Source: Pecten maximus (Eukaryota). From it: a stretch of 64,000 nucleotides of DNA. How positions within the stretch are numbered: the stretch's first letter is position 1; every line of letters starts with the position of its first letter. The position numbers and the translations under genes were made by a program. The DNA lies in assembly GCF_902652985.1 (NCBI RefSeq), contig NC_047022.1:16430001-16494000 (forward strand). Reading direction: 5' to 3'. The notes under the pieces were generated by a model. That model was not told the DNA's origin, did not search any database, and was given only the letters and a program-made list of their open reading frames with translations. Below are positions 12,689 through 25,073 of this stretch, one piece after another.

Positions 12689-15600
12689 ATGATTCTCCAA
12701 CCTGTCGACTGGGGGTTGATTACAGGAATAGCCACTGATGTCGCCTTTGGCTACTGTATGTATAAACTTTATGCATATGGAAGTCGGTATGTGGCAGATA
12801 TTCAGGTAAGCCCGAACTACCGTGTAACGTTACTAGGTCAAAGTGTCATAACTTTTGTTGCCCGCCCAATATTTGGACCTGTTTCCGAATTGCCAAGTTC
12901 ATTTAAAATAAGAACAATTTAACATACATATCGTTATTTCTACTACATTTTGTCAGGGTTTTTTTGCGTGGAGAAAAGCATTCCTTAGACTGTTGGCATT
13001 AAAAATTACGTACAGGACGTCGACTCGGATCAACGTCATATTTATAAATAGAAGCAAGTACCATATTACCGGCCATTGGATGTACATGTAGGATGATTCA
13101 ATATCTTCCAATAATTTTTATACACGTTTTTTTATTGACAAGTATTTACTTTGAAGGTTAATTGTTAAATTATCTAAGAATAAGTATAGTGAATGAAGGT
13201 TAATTATTAAATTATCTAAGAATAAGTGTACTGAATGCATTTTCATGAATTTGTTTTACTTTTGTGTTTAAAATAAAAGATGTAATTAACAAATGGTCCA
13301 CATATCAGTCTCTATCATTACAATGTACAAAATGTACTGTATTGTACAAGTGTTACATTGCAATCATTGCATGATTTTTAAAAATTGAAATAATCATTTT
13401 ATAATAAAACTAGTTATATCCCAGTCAATCACAAAGTTTTATTAACCTGAAAAAAAAATCAAATTCACCAACTTCATATACATATATATTTATCCTGCAA
13501 ATACCAGCGATTGTCGGAATACACCCACCATTTTTGCTGTATACGGTAGTGACAGAAAACAGCTGTATTTTGGAATCTTTGTATGTGCATTAATTCAACT
13601 GACCTACTTCCAAGTGAAATGTTTAAAAGGCGAACATATTTGGATTCATTGTTGATACTGCTTCTCTTCAAAATGATTATTAGCTCACCTGGTCCAAAGG
13701 ACCAAGGTGAGCTTATGTCATACCGTGGCGTCCGCCATCTGTCGTCCGTCCGTCAACAATTGACTTATTTGACTTCTTCTTCATAACCGCTCATCAGAAT
13801 TTGAACAAATTTGGTCAGAAGCATCCCTATGGGTAGGGGACTCAAAATTGTACAAATGATGGGGCCTGAGGGGCGGGGCCAAATGTGGTCAATTGGGCTA
13901 TACTGATATAAACAACTTCTCTGAAACCGAGCAATGGATATCTCGCATATTTGTCTGGTAGCATAACTATTGGGTGGGGATTCAAAATTGTACAAATGAT
14001 TGGGACTGACCCTCCAAGGGCCTGAGGGGCGGGGCCAATTGTGGTCAATCCGGCTATATTGATATAAACGACTTCTTCTCTGAAACCGAGCAATGGATAT
14101 CACTCCTATTTGCCTGGCAGCATCACAATGGGGTGGGGATTCAAAATTGTACAAATGATTGGGCTGGCCACCCAGGGGCCAGAGGGGCGGGCCAAATGTG
14201 GTCAATTTAGCTATATTGTTATAAACAACCTCTTCTGAAACCTAGCAATGGATAGCACTCATATTTCCATGATAGCATCACTATGGGGATAGTATTCAAT
14301 ATTGTGCAAATGGTGGGGACCTAACCCCGGGGACCAGAAGGGTGGGACCAAAATTGGTCAATATAGCTGTACTGATATAAGTGACTTCTTCTCTGAAACT
14401 GAGCAATGGATATCACTTATACTTCCATGATAGCATCACTATGGGGATAGTATTCTAAACTGTGCAAATGGTGGGGACCTAACCCACTGGGGGCCAGAGG
14501 GGCGGGGCCAAAAGGGGTTAATTTGTCTATTGATATAAACGTCTTCTAAAACCAAGCAGTTGATATTGGTCATTTTTGCCTGGTAGCATCACTAAGAAAT
14601 GGGGATTCAAAATTGTACAAATAGTTGAGCTGACCCCGCGGGGCCAAAAGTGTTCTGAACAGTATGGCTAAATTAATATAAGGGACTTCTCCTCTGAAAC
14701 ACAGCAATGAATATTGTTTATATTTGCCTGGTAGTACCACTATGGGGTGGGGACTCAAAATTTTACAAATGGTGAGGTTGACTCCTGTTTAAATTATCCT
14801 CCAGATCTACAGGAATAGGATCCTAATATAATGTATTGAATATAACTTTATGCTGCTTTTTCAGGGAGCAAAACATATCAAGTTAAGTGCAGGATTGGAG
14901 AAGGAATTAGAGCGATGCACAGATAAAACTATGCCCTATGTGTGGCTAGAAGGACTTGCAGCTTCTGTTGGCAACCCCATGATAAGTCGGTACAGCGACA
15001 AAGAAGGTGTCGTCCAGGCCATCTCCTTAATAGAACACAAGTCTAAAAGAATTGCAGGGAACACTTGGTATGTAGATACTTTACAGAGCTTTCTATCTTA
15101 ATAACATGATATTCCAGTATCTGATTTTAATTATATTGACTTTTTTTTCTTCATTATTTTCGAGAGGTATTTGATCAATAAATAGGAAAAATTTCAGGAA
15201 TAAACTGAAAAAATTTAGGAAGCATGCATAAATATTTACAAAAATCTGAATTTAAGAAGTACTACTGCCCAGCAAAGTCATTACAAATCTATTACAAACC
15301 CATTACAAAACCATTAAAAACACTGATTCCATTAAAATTGGCCATTATTTCTCGTTTCCATTTTTGGGACAAACCTGGAGTTAAGTAATGTAATGGGCAT
15401 TATTTTTCTAAATTTCAATTACTTTCCTATTAATATTTTCTTTGTAATGGTCATTAACAAAATAATGGCCATTACTTCATGTTTTGTATTTTTCTTAATG
15501 GCCTTTATTCTGTTTGTAATGGCCATTAGAGTGGAGTCATCATAATGTTATGGCCATTACTAACTGTGGATTTTATGTACTCCCATAACATTTTCCATTT

Positions 15601-18600
15601 AATGGCCACAACAAATTATGATCACAATGTAATGGCAATTATTTATTGGTAACTTCATGTAATGCCCATTACATTTTCCATTTAATGGCCATAACAAATT
15701 ATGGTCATAATGCAATAGCCATTACTTAATGATACCTTTATGTAATGCCATTACATTTGTTATTCCGATGTGCAATTCCTCATAAGTAACATTTTTTTTC
15801 TTGTAATGGCCATTACAAATATTACAAATATCATCACATCATATTGTAATATATATGACAATGTTTAATATACTACCATGAATTGTTGACCTTAAATTAA
15901 TGTATTATTTCAGTGTCTTATTTTTCATTATATTGTTATTGTTGAATTCCATGTCTATATTACAATTTTGTTGTTGGCTTAAAGAAGAATAAGGAAACTG
16001 TACAGGCTTACTAAACCCCTTCACAATAAAAAAAACTTCAAATTTCCCGCCAAATTTTCCCGCCAAATTTTTCCCGCCCAATAACTTCAAGCAGGAGAGT
16101 TCCAATACATGGCAGCCATGAGGCTTTTCTCACACATATGAACAACATGTTATTTTACAAATGAAGGGAAGTATTTATCTTTAATACCTGGTTCATGATT
16201 AATACAAGACTACCAGGAAATGAAATATTCAACTCTGGAAGTATGTCAACCTGTTTATAGGTAAGAATTAACTTAAAACCAATCACCATGCATGTGACCT
16301 AAATTTACATAGTGTACATTATATTCAAACAGCTTTGGCATTTCTTAAATTGTATTGCCTATTCAACCAAATTGTACAAACACACATCATATGTACATTG
16401 AGAATTAATGCAATAATGAACATAAATCACTCTTACATGTATCTGAAGAATATTAAAAGGATTTTGGGTCCACATGATTGTGTACTGTGAATATCCATTT
16501 TTGAAGCAGTTATCAATTTGAAACAAATGATGGATCACTTTGAATGCAATTTTTAATGGAAGGACTACATGTACAATGATATTGTCAAACATGCATAGTG
16601 ATACAGTTCATGATGAACTTTGATGAAATTAAGTGGTAAAATGCATTTTCTAAATTTTCTGAATGCGTCTAATGTAATGGTCACATGTAAGTCCATTAAT
16701 TTTGTATACCTGTATATATATAATGGCCATTACACTTTTGTTTGTAAAAACGTAATGGCCATTACCATTGTGTTGATCTTTAAACAGTTTTTGTACTTTA
16801 AAAGTAATGGTCATTATATTTGTAAAAATTATGGCCATTAAAGTGTATTTTCTTGTAATGGTCTTTTAGTTTTGTACACCTTTAATGGCCATTACACCTT
16901 TTCTGACGAAATGTAATGGCCATTACAGAGTACACTTCAGAAAGTAATGACACCGTTAATGGGCATTACAAAAATGGTTTTGCTCCAAACCTAATGGCCA
17001 TTACATTACACCAAAATGTTTAATGCCCATTACACCATAAGGTTTGATGCCCATTACATTGAAAACTAATTATTGATGGCCCTATTACATTGTAATGGCA
17101 ATTACTTAGTGAAAACGTTAATGGGTTTGTAATGGGCAATTTGACAGTAGTGATAAGAGTTAATGACTATTAATGTTTTTGTCAAACCATTAAAATCCTT
17201 AAAATGCATTTAAATTTTATTGTTTTTTTTTCAGACCCATTAATTTTGTACCTTTAATAGTCATCAATGTTAAATTAAAAGCCATTATTAAAATAATTAA
17301 TGATCATTATAAATGTTTTGTTAATAGCCATTAAAATGTATTAATTAAGTACCATGAACTAATTGATTTGTTTTAACCCTTTGATGATCATTAAAATTGA
17401 AAACTGTCACATTTAAAGACTATCAAACTTGTATTAAAATTTTTCAATTAATAGCAATTAAAGGTACAAAATTAATAGCATGATTGATGGTTTTATGATG
17501 GGAAATTTTAATGGGGTTTTTAATGGCCGTTTTAAGGGCTTGGGTATGCAGTAGTATAGCTTTCATAACAAACAGGAGTTAGTAACAACATAGTGTCTTT
17601 GTGGTTGGTTGGTGGTTTTGGAATAGACCAACAAATTATTACAATTAAAAAAAGAAATATTATAGATAAATAATTATAGATAAAAAATATCAGTACTTTA
17701 TCAGTCATTTAATTCAAAATTTGGCAATTCAACTGAAAATTTATTATAAATGAAATTGAATTTAAGTTGATAAAAATTAATAACTTTATCATTGTTATTA
17801 TCACTCTGTTATTTCCTTTTCATCATTGCTTATATCGTAAAATGACAGTGACATTGGGGTTTTGATTCTTGTCTCAGTTTTTTTAAAAAGTTATTTTCTC
17901 CAAAAATTTGACTACATTCTTTTATGACATCACCGATGTGTTTCTTTTCTAACAGGGCTGACACGAAACATACAATACGAGATACATCAGAATTCATACC
18001 GTTCCTTATCCACGCTCATGATCAACCAGACCACAAGATTTTCATTAGCGAACCTGGATGCGCTGAATATTTGACAGACAACCTCATGACAACTTACGAC
18101 AAATTTGAAAAAAGGGATAATTCCTCTCTTATAAAACATGGCATGGACCTCATATCAGGTGAAGTAAGTAAAGGATTCCATGAGATGGAGCGCATGTTAC
18201 TTGTAGGCACCCAGTTGTTGGGTGTTGGAGAACTAACTTTAGAAGGCGGTAAGGTCAAGCTGCGGCCCCCTGCTGATGGTAAAAGATACATTGTGACAGC
18301 CATTGGTAAGGAAGAACTCATCAACAAATTCAAGTCGCAATCCAAAATGGCAAAGTTCTTTTTCAAAATTTCTGTAGTTATAGGCACTTGTTTATTAACT
18401 TTTATGTTATATCGTTGGTATAAGAAATTACAAGAGGAGTACCAACGAAGGCAGGTGTTAAGAAATATACGAGAAGAAAACAGGAGAGAAAGGAGGGAAG
18501 CCACAGAACGGAGGGCACGGAACGCTCGAGAGCTTAGAGACACAGAAGGTGGTCAGGCTGATGGAGATAGACAACAGGACGGAGCTGATGAACGAGAATT

Positions 18601-18757
18601 GTGCGTGGTTTGTCTGACTAATCCACGGGAGGTTGTCCTCATCAGCTGCGGCCATATATGTCTCTGCTTGGACTGTGCAGAAATGCTTCCTACCCCGCTT
18701 CTCTGTCCTGTGTGTAGAGCACCTGTTGAGCGATTTGTACCATATTATAGGCCGTGA
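12689..18757 (+). CDS. MUL1: Mitochondrial ubiquitin ligase activator of NFKB1 (MUL1/MAPL), 373 aa, 3 coding exons
   Basis: Exons 12689-12805, 14865-15067, 17956-18757 (1122 nt, GT-AG, phases 0 and 2). N-terminal TM; GIDE-type region (PYVWLEG, ERMLLVGTQLLGVGEL, LRPPADGKRYIVT); second TM; C-terminal C3HC4 RING CVVC...CGHICLCLDC...CPVCR. Confidence 0.93.
13678..14790 (+). mobile_element. Helentron-associated (HINE-like) non-autonomous element with internal degenerate tandem repeats, in MUL1 intron 1
   Basis: 5' hairpin AGCTCACCT-GGTCC-AAA-GGACCA-AGGTGAGCT, (GTCC)n microsatellite, then about 8 diverged ~120-130 bp units (CAAAATTGTACAAATG...GGGGCGGGGCC...CTTCTCTGAAAC). Confidence 0.75.
15260..17556. 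mobile_element. Large AT-rich non-autonomous DNA element (CACTA/EnSpm-like architecture) with arrays of TAATGGCCATTA motifs, in MUL1 intron 2
   Basis: Left end TACTACTGCC..CATTACAAA; inverted ends TTTGTAATG..GACAGTAGTG (~17151) and GCAGTAGTA (~17556). At least 8 perfect TAATGGCCATTA palindromes plus many variants. Superfamily assignment is inferred. Confidence 0.55.
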
Positions 18758-19692
18758 ACTTGAGAAAAAAAGTCTTCTATCTTGCGGCATTGTTGTAAGT
18801 TCCAACAATGGTCAGAACAAAGGAGACCAGCATAGTATGATATTCTGACATTGAAATCTTGCTTCAGCCTAAGCAACCAAAAGAAGAGAAATCCGCAAAT
18901 CTAAGGAAAAAATATGCAGGTGCTATTGATTTTTGCAGTTTTGATTTTCATACTTTTATTAAGTAGAGATGTAATTATGCATATAATCCTATCATTCTGC
19001 AATCTAGGATCAAAATGATGTTGTTCAAAGTTAAAGAGCTAACTAGTTCACCACTTGTATACGTGGAGATATTGTTTGAAAATTTAACCTGGTTGTGTCA
19101 TGAATGACATATTTTTCTCACTTAAACAATAATTTGAAAAAAACAAGATCATGAACAAAATAGCATTCAATATAATCCATGCACTTGTGTTATTTTTTAG
19201 TACAATTTAATCCATATTTTGTCTGTAACATTCATGTCACTATATTTAACCAGTAATAAGCCCATGCCCGGTTATCATCCCACCCACATTAATTGCAGCT
19301 TGGTAAAAATTGTTCTCAATAAAAACAAAAACTAAAGTTTTTAGTAAAATCTAACATGTTGGTCCTATGGGCTTATTAAAGGATAAATACAGTATACTAC
19401 AGATTCCGAATCAGCTAAATTATTGCATCAATATTAAATGTTAATTTGACAATGTTATCAGAAATCTACAACATGAACCATATTATGTTTTATGTTATGT
19501 TTATGTCATGGACCAGACTTGGTTGTTCAGGCCATTTATGATCAGGATCAGTAGCATAAAAAGAGCTTGAATATTATTGAAACTAATTAATTTGTCAAAT
19601 TTGTTAAACTGTTTTCGACATAAACAACTACATTGTGTATTTAAAACATATCTACAAGAGGAGTGTGCTAAAAAAAAACATTTCCAAGGTTT

Positions 19693-20091
19693 CAGTGTTC
19701 GAAAGTAAAGGTGGTCCGATGGCCCGAGGCTATAGAAAACCTGGCCGGTCTATGTAAAATTTCTAAATGTTGGCCCGAATGGCTATGAAAAGTTTGAGTC
19801 CTGACATACATTTCAATTCATGTAAACAACATTCCTATATTTTCTGACAAACAATCATATGAAATCAGAGTCTACAATCAAGGTGTTTTTACTGAGAATA
19901 GCACGTTATTGGCTTCAAACATTTAAGTGAGTATGAACTTGATGATGCAAGCTTTTGCGCGATGCAGTTATGCTACTTTAAACAATATATGTTTACAAAA
20001 TAGGTCTATCGAAAAATGACTTGGGCTAAGGGATTTAAATTTTCTGTAGACCAATTGTCTAAGGAATTTTCATACATACTTTCAAACACTG
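19693..20091. mobile_element. MITE with 15-bp TIRs and apparent 6-bp TSD
   Basis: CAGTGTTCGAAAGTA ... TACTTTCAAACACTG, flanked on both sides by AGGTTT. Confidence 0.7.
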
Positions 20092-21097
20092 AGGTTTTGA
20101 AAAATCAAGTTTCATTTGCCAAAATTTTTTGATTGCATTTGTAGAACAATGAGGAAGTGTTGGATACTGAATCAGGGTCTTGTGAAGCATTATACAGGTA
20201 TTTCATATTTCTCCACAGTATAAGTTCAACATCTTTTTTCAAGCCTGCTATTATACCTATCGTTCCATCTTTGGAAGGTAGAGTGTAGAGTGTAGCATTC
20301 AAGTGTTATGCATGATATACACACAGCGCATGTATACTGATATATAGTATATATACTATACATGTATACATGTGTCTGATATATAGTATATTATTTTGTA
20401 AGCTCTTTATAAATCACACTACGTCATTATTAAAAAAAAGTCGTAAACTGACACAAATATCCGGATTTCAATTTGGGTCAGAAAAAAAAATTTTGGTTAA
20501 CACAAAATAATTAGTAGTAACACAAATATAATTAATTAATTAATTATTGTGTATTCTTTTTCTTTATTTATGAAAGAAAGGGAGATAATTTGATAGATAC
20601 ATATAGCATTATTTCAGAACAAAATATTAAAAAAAAATTATCCATAAGACCATTTTGAGTTATATTTTGTGTTTGGGTCCACAAAATCATTAAATATTAA
20701 ACCCTTCAGATTTATAAAGTTTATGCATTTATTTAACTTCTGACTGGTCTTCTGAATGCCCTGTTCAATGACAATTTATTTATGGCAGTTTTAAGCAAAT
20801 TGGTTGGTGCAATAATTTTGACCTGTCTATAAAGGCAACCTGTCTATAGTGACTGTTTTTCTGCCTCCCCTTGGGCGGTCGCTATAGACAGGTTTGACTG
20901 TAATTATACTGTATATAATATTATTATTATAGACCTTTGGTTAGGACTGTTTGCCAAGTTCCTGTGGCTCTGATGATGTCTATTTGGCACATGTTTTAAA
21001 GCTGATAACTCAATCTCACTTCAAACATCCTCGTTTGTTTTTATCCTAATCCATGAAGGTTGGTGATTTGTGATATTAGATCCCTCTCAATACTTTG

Positions 21098-21508
21098 TAG
21101 TATATACTGTACATGTATACTTGTGTCTGATATATAGTATATACTGTACATGTATACTTGTGTCTGATATATAGTATATATACTGTACATGTATACTTGT
21201 GTCTGATATATAGTATATACTGTACATGTATACTTGTGTCTGATATATAGTATATATACTGTACATGTATACTTGTGTCTGATATATAGTATATATACTG
21301 TACATGTATACTTGTGTCTGATATATAGTATATACTGTACATGTATACACGTGTCTGATATATAGTATATACTGTACATGTATACTTGTGTCTGATATAT
21401 AGTATATATACTGTACATGTATACACGTGTCTGATATATAGTATATACTGTACATGTATACATGTGTCTGATATATAGTATATACTGTACATGTATACAT
21501 GTGTCTGA
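21098..21508. repeat. 37/39-bp AT-rich minisatellite, ~11 copies (TAGTATATACTGTACATGTATACTTGTGTCTGATATA)
   Basis: Direct tandem units. A stray ~1.5-copy relative lies at ~20330-20392. Confidence 0.9.
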
Positions 21509-22369
21509 CATTCTGGTCATGTTACAGAGTTTTTATATAGAATAGTAAGTGGAAAAACTATTCATGTTTTGTTTTTTATTAAACTATTATTTTAAGGTTT
21601 AACACAGGGACTTGACACAAATTCACAGACTTGTGATCCATTAAAGTATCAATATTGACCATGGGTTTTTATATAGTGATCTTAGCTTTGATTTATAGGT
21701 GTTAGATAGATATGGTTTACATGTGGCATGATGTTATGTCCATACCAGTCACATGTTTATTCTACTGTATATGTCAATAATATGTACCAATGATTTTCAT
21801 CTCTTTTCCAAAGAAGTTCAACAGCAAAAACATATCTTTCACATGCAGTAGAATCTGTTATTGTGTAACCTTGTTTTAAATAGTACATGAATGGAACAGT
21901 TCCTGACTATATACAGTATATTGGATGACAAAAGACAAATCATGAAAGTGTCACAACCTTATTTATGACTACGAGTACCCTGTAATGTCAGCAGAGACAA
22001 CATGATGGCTTTGAGTTTATTTTTATGCAAGATTTATCAATTTGTAACAATTTTTTTCAATATCACTCACCAGAAATTTCACTGAAATGAAAAATCCTTA
22101 GGGGTTGTTACATATACAGTGTATATGAAATGGTAACTGATTATATTACTAGATTTTCAACTACAAAATAAATCAATGTTTAGTTATATTATTTATTGAA
22201 TATCTGTTTGAATAAATTTGATTTTATCTAAAGCCGTAGTCTAATTTATTTCATTTCCAAAAATGTTCATTTGCAATTAATTGAAAGTCTGTGAACACAT
22301 ACGGAATATTGAATACAAGGAGGATATGTCAAAATCTGAAGACCTGCCATTAGTCATTTTGTTCCTTCA

Positions 22370-22670
22370 CGGAGGCATGGTTGTCTAGTGGTAGGACGAA
22401 GGGCTATATTTGACCAAAACATTCCTAGTTTGGCACGAGGACTGAGTTGTATCCTTGAACAAGATACTTTACTCCATTGTGTTCCAATCAACTCAGCTGT
22501 AAATGTGGTGCAAGATATGTCATGTGTAAGCTGTTAGTGACGGAATGGCAGCTCCGGCTGCATGCTCCCCAGTGAGTTGAGAAAGACATTGGCTGCATGG
22601 TTGCTAAAAGCCCAATAACTACCAATGATAATTTGTGACCCACATTGACAGCTATGATGCTGTGATATAA
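22370..22670 (+). mobile_element. Degraded CORE-type tRNA-derived SINE
   Basis: A-box-like TGGTTGTCTAGTGG followed by the CORE-like TGTATCCTTGAACAAGATACTTTACTCC...ACTCAGCTGTAAATG. Confidence 0.55.
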
Positions 22671-22685
22671 GGGTATATGAAACTT

Positions 22686-23010
22686 AAGAAATAGCGATAA
22701 ACATTTTCCATTCTAAAAATCCAAGATGGCTGCATGTCGTTCTGTTAATTAGACTCAAAATTTAATGATCACAACTAGGGATCAAGAGAAACCTACATGT
22801 GAAGTTTGAGAAATATCCCTCCAGTATTTTTTCAAGAAATAGCAATAACAAATTAATTCAGTTATCAAGATCCAACATATGGCTGCCTGTCAGCCATTTT
22901 GTTTTCCTGATCATACTCAATATTGAATTGGCACAACTGGGGACCCATGGAAATCTACATGTGAAGTTTGAGAAATATCCATCCAGCACTTATCAAGAAA
23001 TAGCAGGGTG
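22686..23010 (-). mobile_element. Degenerate fragment (~2 units) of the 155-bp HINE core repeat seen at 56031-57700
   Basis: GAAATAGCGATAA, ATCCAAGATGGCTGC and TGAAGTTTGAGAAATATCCCTCCAGTA are reverse complements of motifs in the 155-bp unit. Confidence 0.7.
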
Positions 23011-23039
23011 AGACGTTTTTGCTGTAAAGGTAAACTATC

Positions 23040-23250
23040 GGTAAGACTACTATTCACTACTTGACCACTACTATTAATGTATGTAAGTACATGCATAAAT
23101 GGTGTTCGATTCCTCGATCGGATGTGAAAAGGTATGTCACCTTCCTGACCATCCGTGGGTTTTCTCCATCTACTTCGGCATCGACCCGTTTTCCTCACAC
23201 ACTAAGACTCGCGCGCTTCCCTCTTGGCCAACAAGCACGATTAATGTAAT
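23040..23250 (+). mobile_element. Degraded V-type SINE (family of 51519-51710)
   Basis: GTTCGATTCCTCGATCGGATGTGAAAAGGTATG...GTGGGTTTTCTCC...GGCCAACAAG matches the reverse complement of 51520-51660. Confidence 0.6.
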
Positions 23251-23357
23251 TTTATATAACTTGTTTCATGATTACATGTATTTTAGAAAGAAAAGTATAA
23301 TTTTGTAATTTGCTGTATTTTCTCGTCCAAGGAATGTTTTAATTATTTCTTTTAAAA

Positions 23358-24165
23358 ACCAATGGGCCTGTATCACTCACCTGGCTCTACAGCAACTTTG
23401 AAGCTGATCTAGGTAATTTCTGCAAATATCAGATTAGGCTAAGTTTATTCATGTCAATAATTTTTTAGCCCTTCATTTAAGCAGGCTATTGGCCTAAGAA
23501 GAAGTCGTTTGAACATTTTAGCCTATTTGACCCCTGTGACCTTGAATGTCGGTCATGGTCGTTCATTTGAACAAATTTGGTAACCCTTCACTCAAGCATG
23601 CTACAGGCCCAATATCAAGTCCCTGGACCTCTTGGTTATTGAGAAGAAGTCGTTTGAAGATTTTAGCCTATTTGACCCATGTGACCTTGAATGTCGGTCA
23701 AGGTCATTCATTTGAACAAACCTAGTAGCCTTTCACCCAAGCATGCTACAGGCCCATTATCAAGTCCCTGGGCATCTTGGTTATTGAGGAGAAGTCGTGT
23801 AAAGATCATAGCCAATTTGACCCATGTGACCTTGAATGAAGGTCGAGGTCATTCATTTGAACAAACTTTGTAGCCCTTTACCCTAGCATGCTACAGGCCC
23901 AATATCAAGTTCATGAGCCTCTTGGTTATTGAAAAGAAGTTGTTTGAAGATTTTGTCCTATTTGACCCATGTGACATTGAATGAAGGTCAAGGTCATCCA
24001 ATTGAGCAAACTTGGTAACCCTAAACCCCGGGATGCTACAGGCCCAGTATCAAGTCTCTGGGCCTTTTGGTTATTAAGAAGAAATTGTTTAAATGAAAAA
24101 TCTGACACTGGACGGACGGACGCCGGACGCCCCACCACGACATAAGCTCACCTGTCCTTTGGGCT
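23358..24165 (-). mobile_element. Helentron-associated (HINE-like) element with ~145-bp internal tandem units (~4 copies)
   Basis: Ends GGGCCTGTATCACTCACCTGG and (GGAC)n...TAAGCTCACCTG. Units start GCCTATTTGACCC at ~23521, 23667, 23811 and 23957. Confidence 0.8.
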
Positions 24166-24606
24166 TTTGGAGTATTTTTGTTGCTGAATTCAATACAGGA
24201 TGGTGGCCCCCATATCAAAAAAGTTCAAATTGGTAGAATTTTAAAATGTTCTATTTACAGGTGTTTGAGGTGGTATTCTTCAAATTTAGGGTTAGTGGAC
24301 CAGTGTTGAAAACTCCATTTAAGTAGGACTTTTCAAAACGGTAACATTTTCGTCTATGGGAAATCATTTGGTTCCTTGGTTCGCATAGTGGCGGACTAGG
24401 ACCATTATTGAATTTTGGGTCCAAAAAGCGTTGTAAAATGACACTTCTTTGTTTTATTTCCGAGGTGATCATTTTGTTTTTTGTTTTGTTGCTTGTTTTA
24501 CTGTTTGTTTGTTTTTGTTTTGTTTTGTTTCGTTTTTTAGCTTCATTAAAGAAATAGGCATGTTTTTACCCGAACGGGGTTAATTTAAGAAAACTGTTTT
24601 CAATTG

Positions 24607-24680
24607 CGAAAAAGCGCTGTATGTACCACGAAAAAGCGCTGTATGTACCACGAAAAAGCGCTGTATGTACCACGAAAAAG
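24607..24680. repeat. Perfect 22-bp tandem repeat x3.3 (CGAAAAAGCGCTGTATGTACCA)
   Basis: Identical copies at 24607, 24629 and 24651. Confidence 0.9.
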
Positions 24681-25073
24681 TAAAATTTGCAGGCAACTCC
24701 CTTATTGGCGACCAAGATTGACGCTTTTTCGTTTTTTATCCGAAAAATTGCCATTTATATAAAATAAAATGGAGCTTTTTTCAGGGCAAAAACAGTACTG
24801 TTTAGAACGATCTTTCGGCCCGAAAAAAACTTGCCTTACACTTCGACATCTTAAAAGTGCAGCACTAGTCGACAAGATAAAAGGACACTTTTTATGTTCA
24901 TGTTTAAAGTCAAATCCATGTCCCATAAAGTGTAGAGATTTTGCCGAGTTTACTCTTCAATCCTCAATTGTCTTTGCCGATGAACGAACCAAAGATCGCG
25001 ATTTATTTCAATTCGCGGGTGTGTCTACTTCAATATCAAAATGGTTTTAAATTAAAACGTGGCATCACTATAT

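Noticed and set aside
13765-14205. 146-aa minus-strand ORF
   Set aside because: Lies wholly within HINE tandem units; repetitive translation with no transposase motifs.
18094-18848. ORFs of 149, 116 and 71 aa overlapping MUL1 exon 3
   Set aside because: Antisense or off-frame shadows of the real coding exon.
21041-21520. Three overlapping Tyr/Ile-rich ORFs
   Set aside because: Translations of the 37/39-bp minisatellite.
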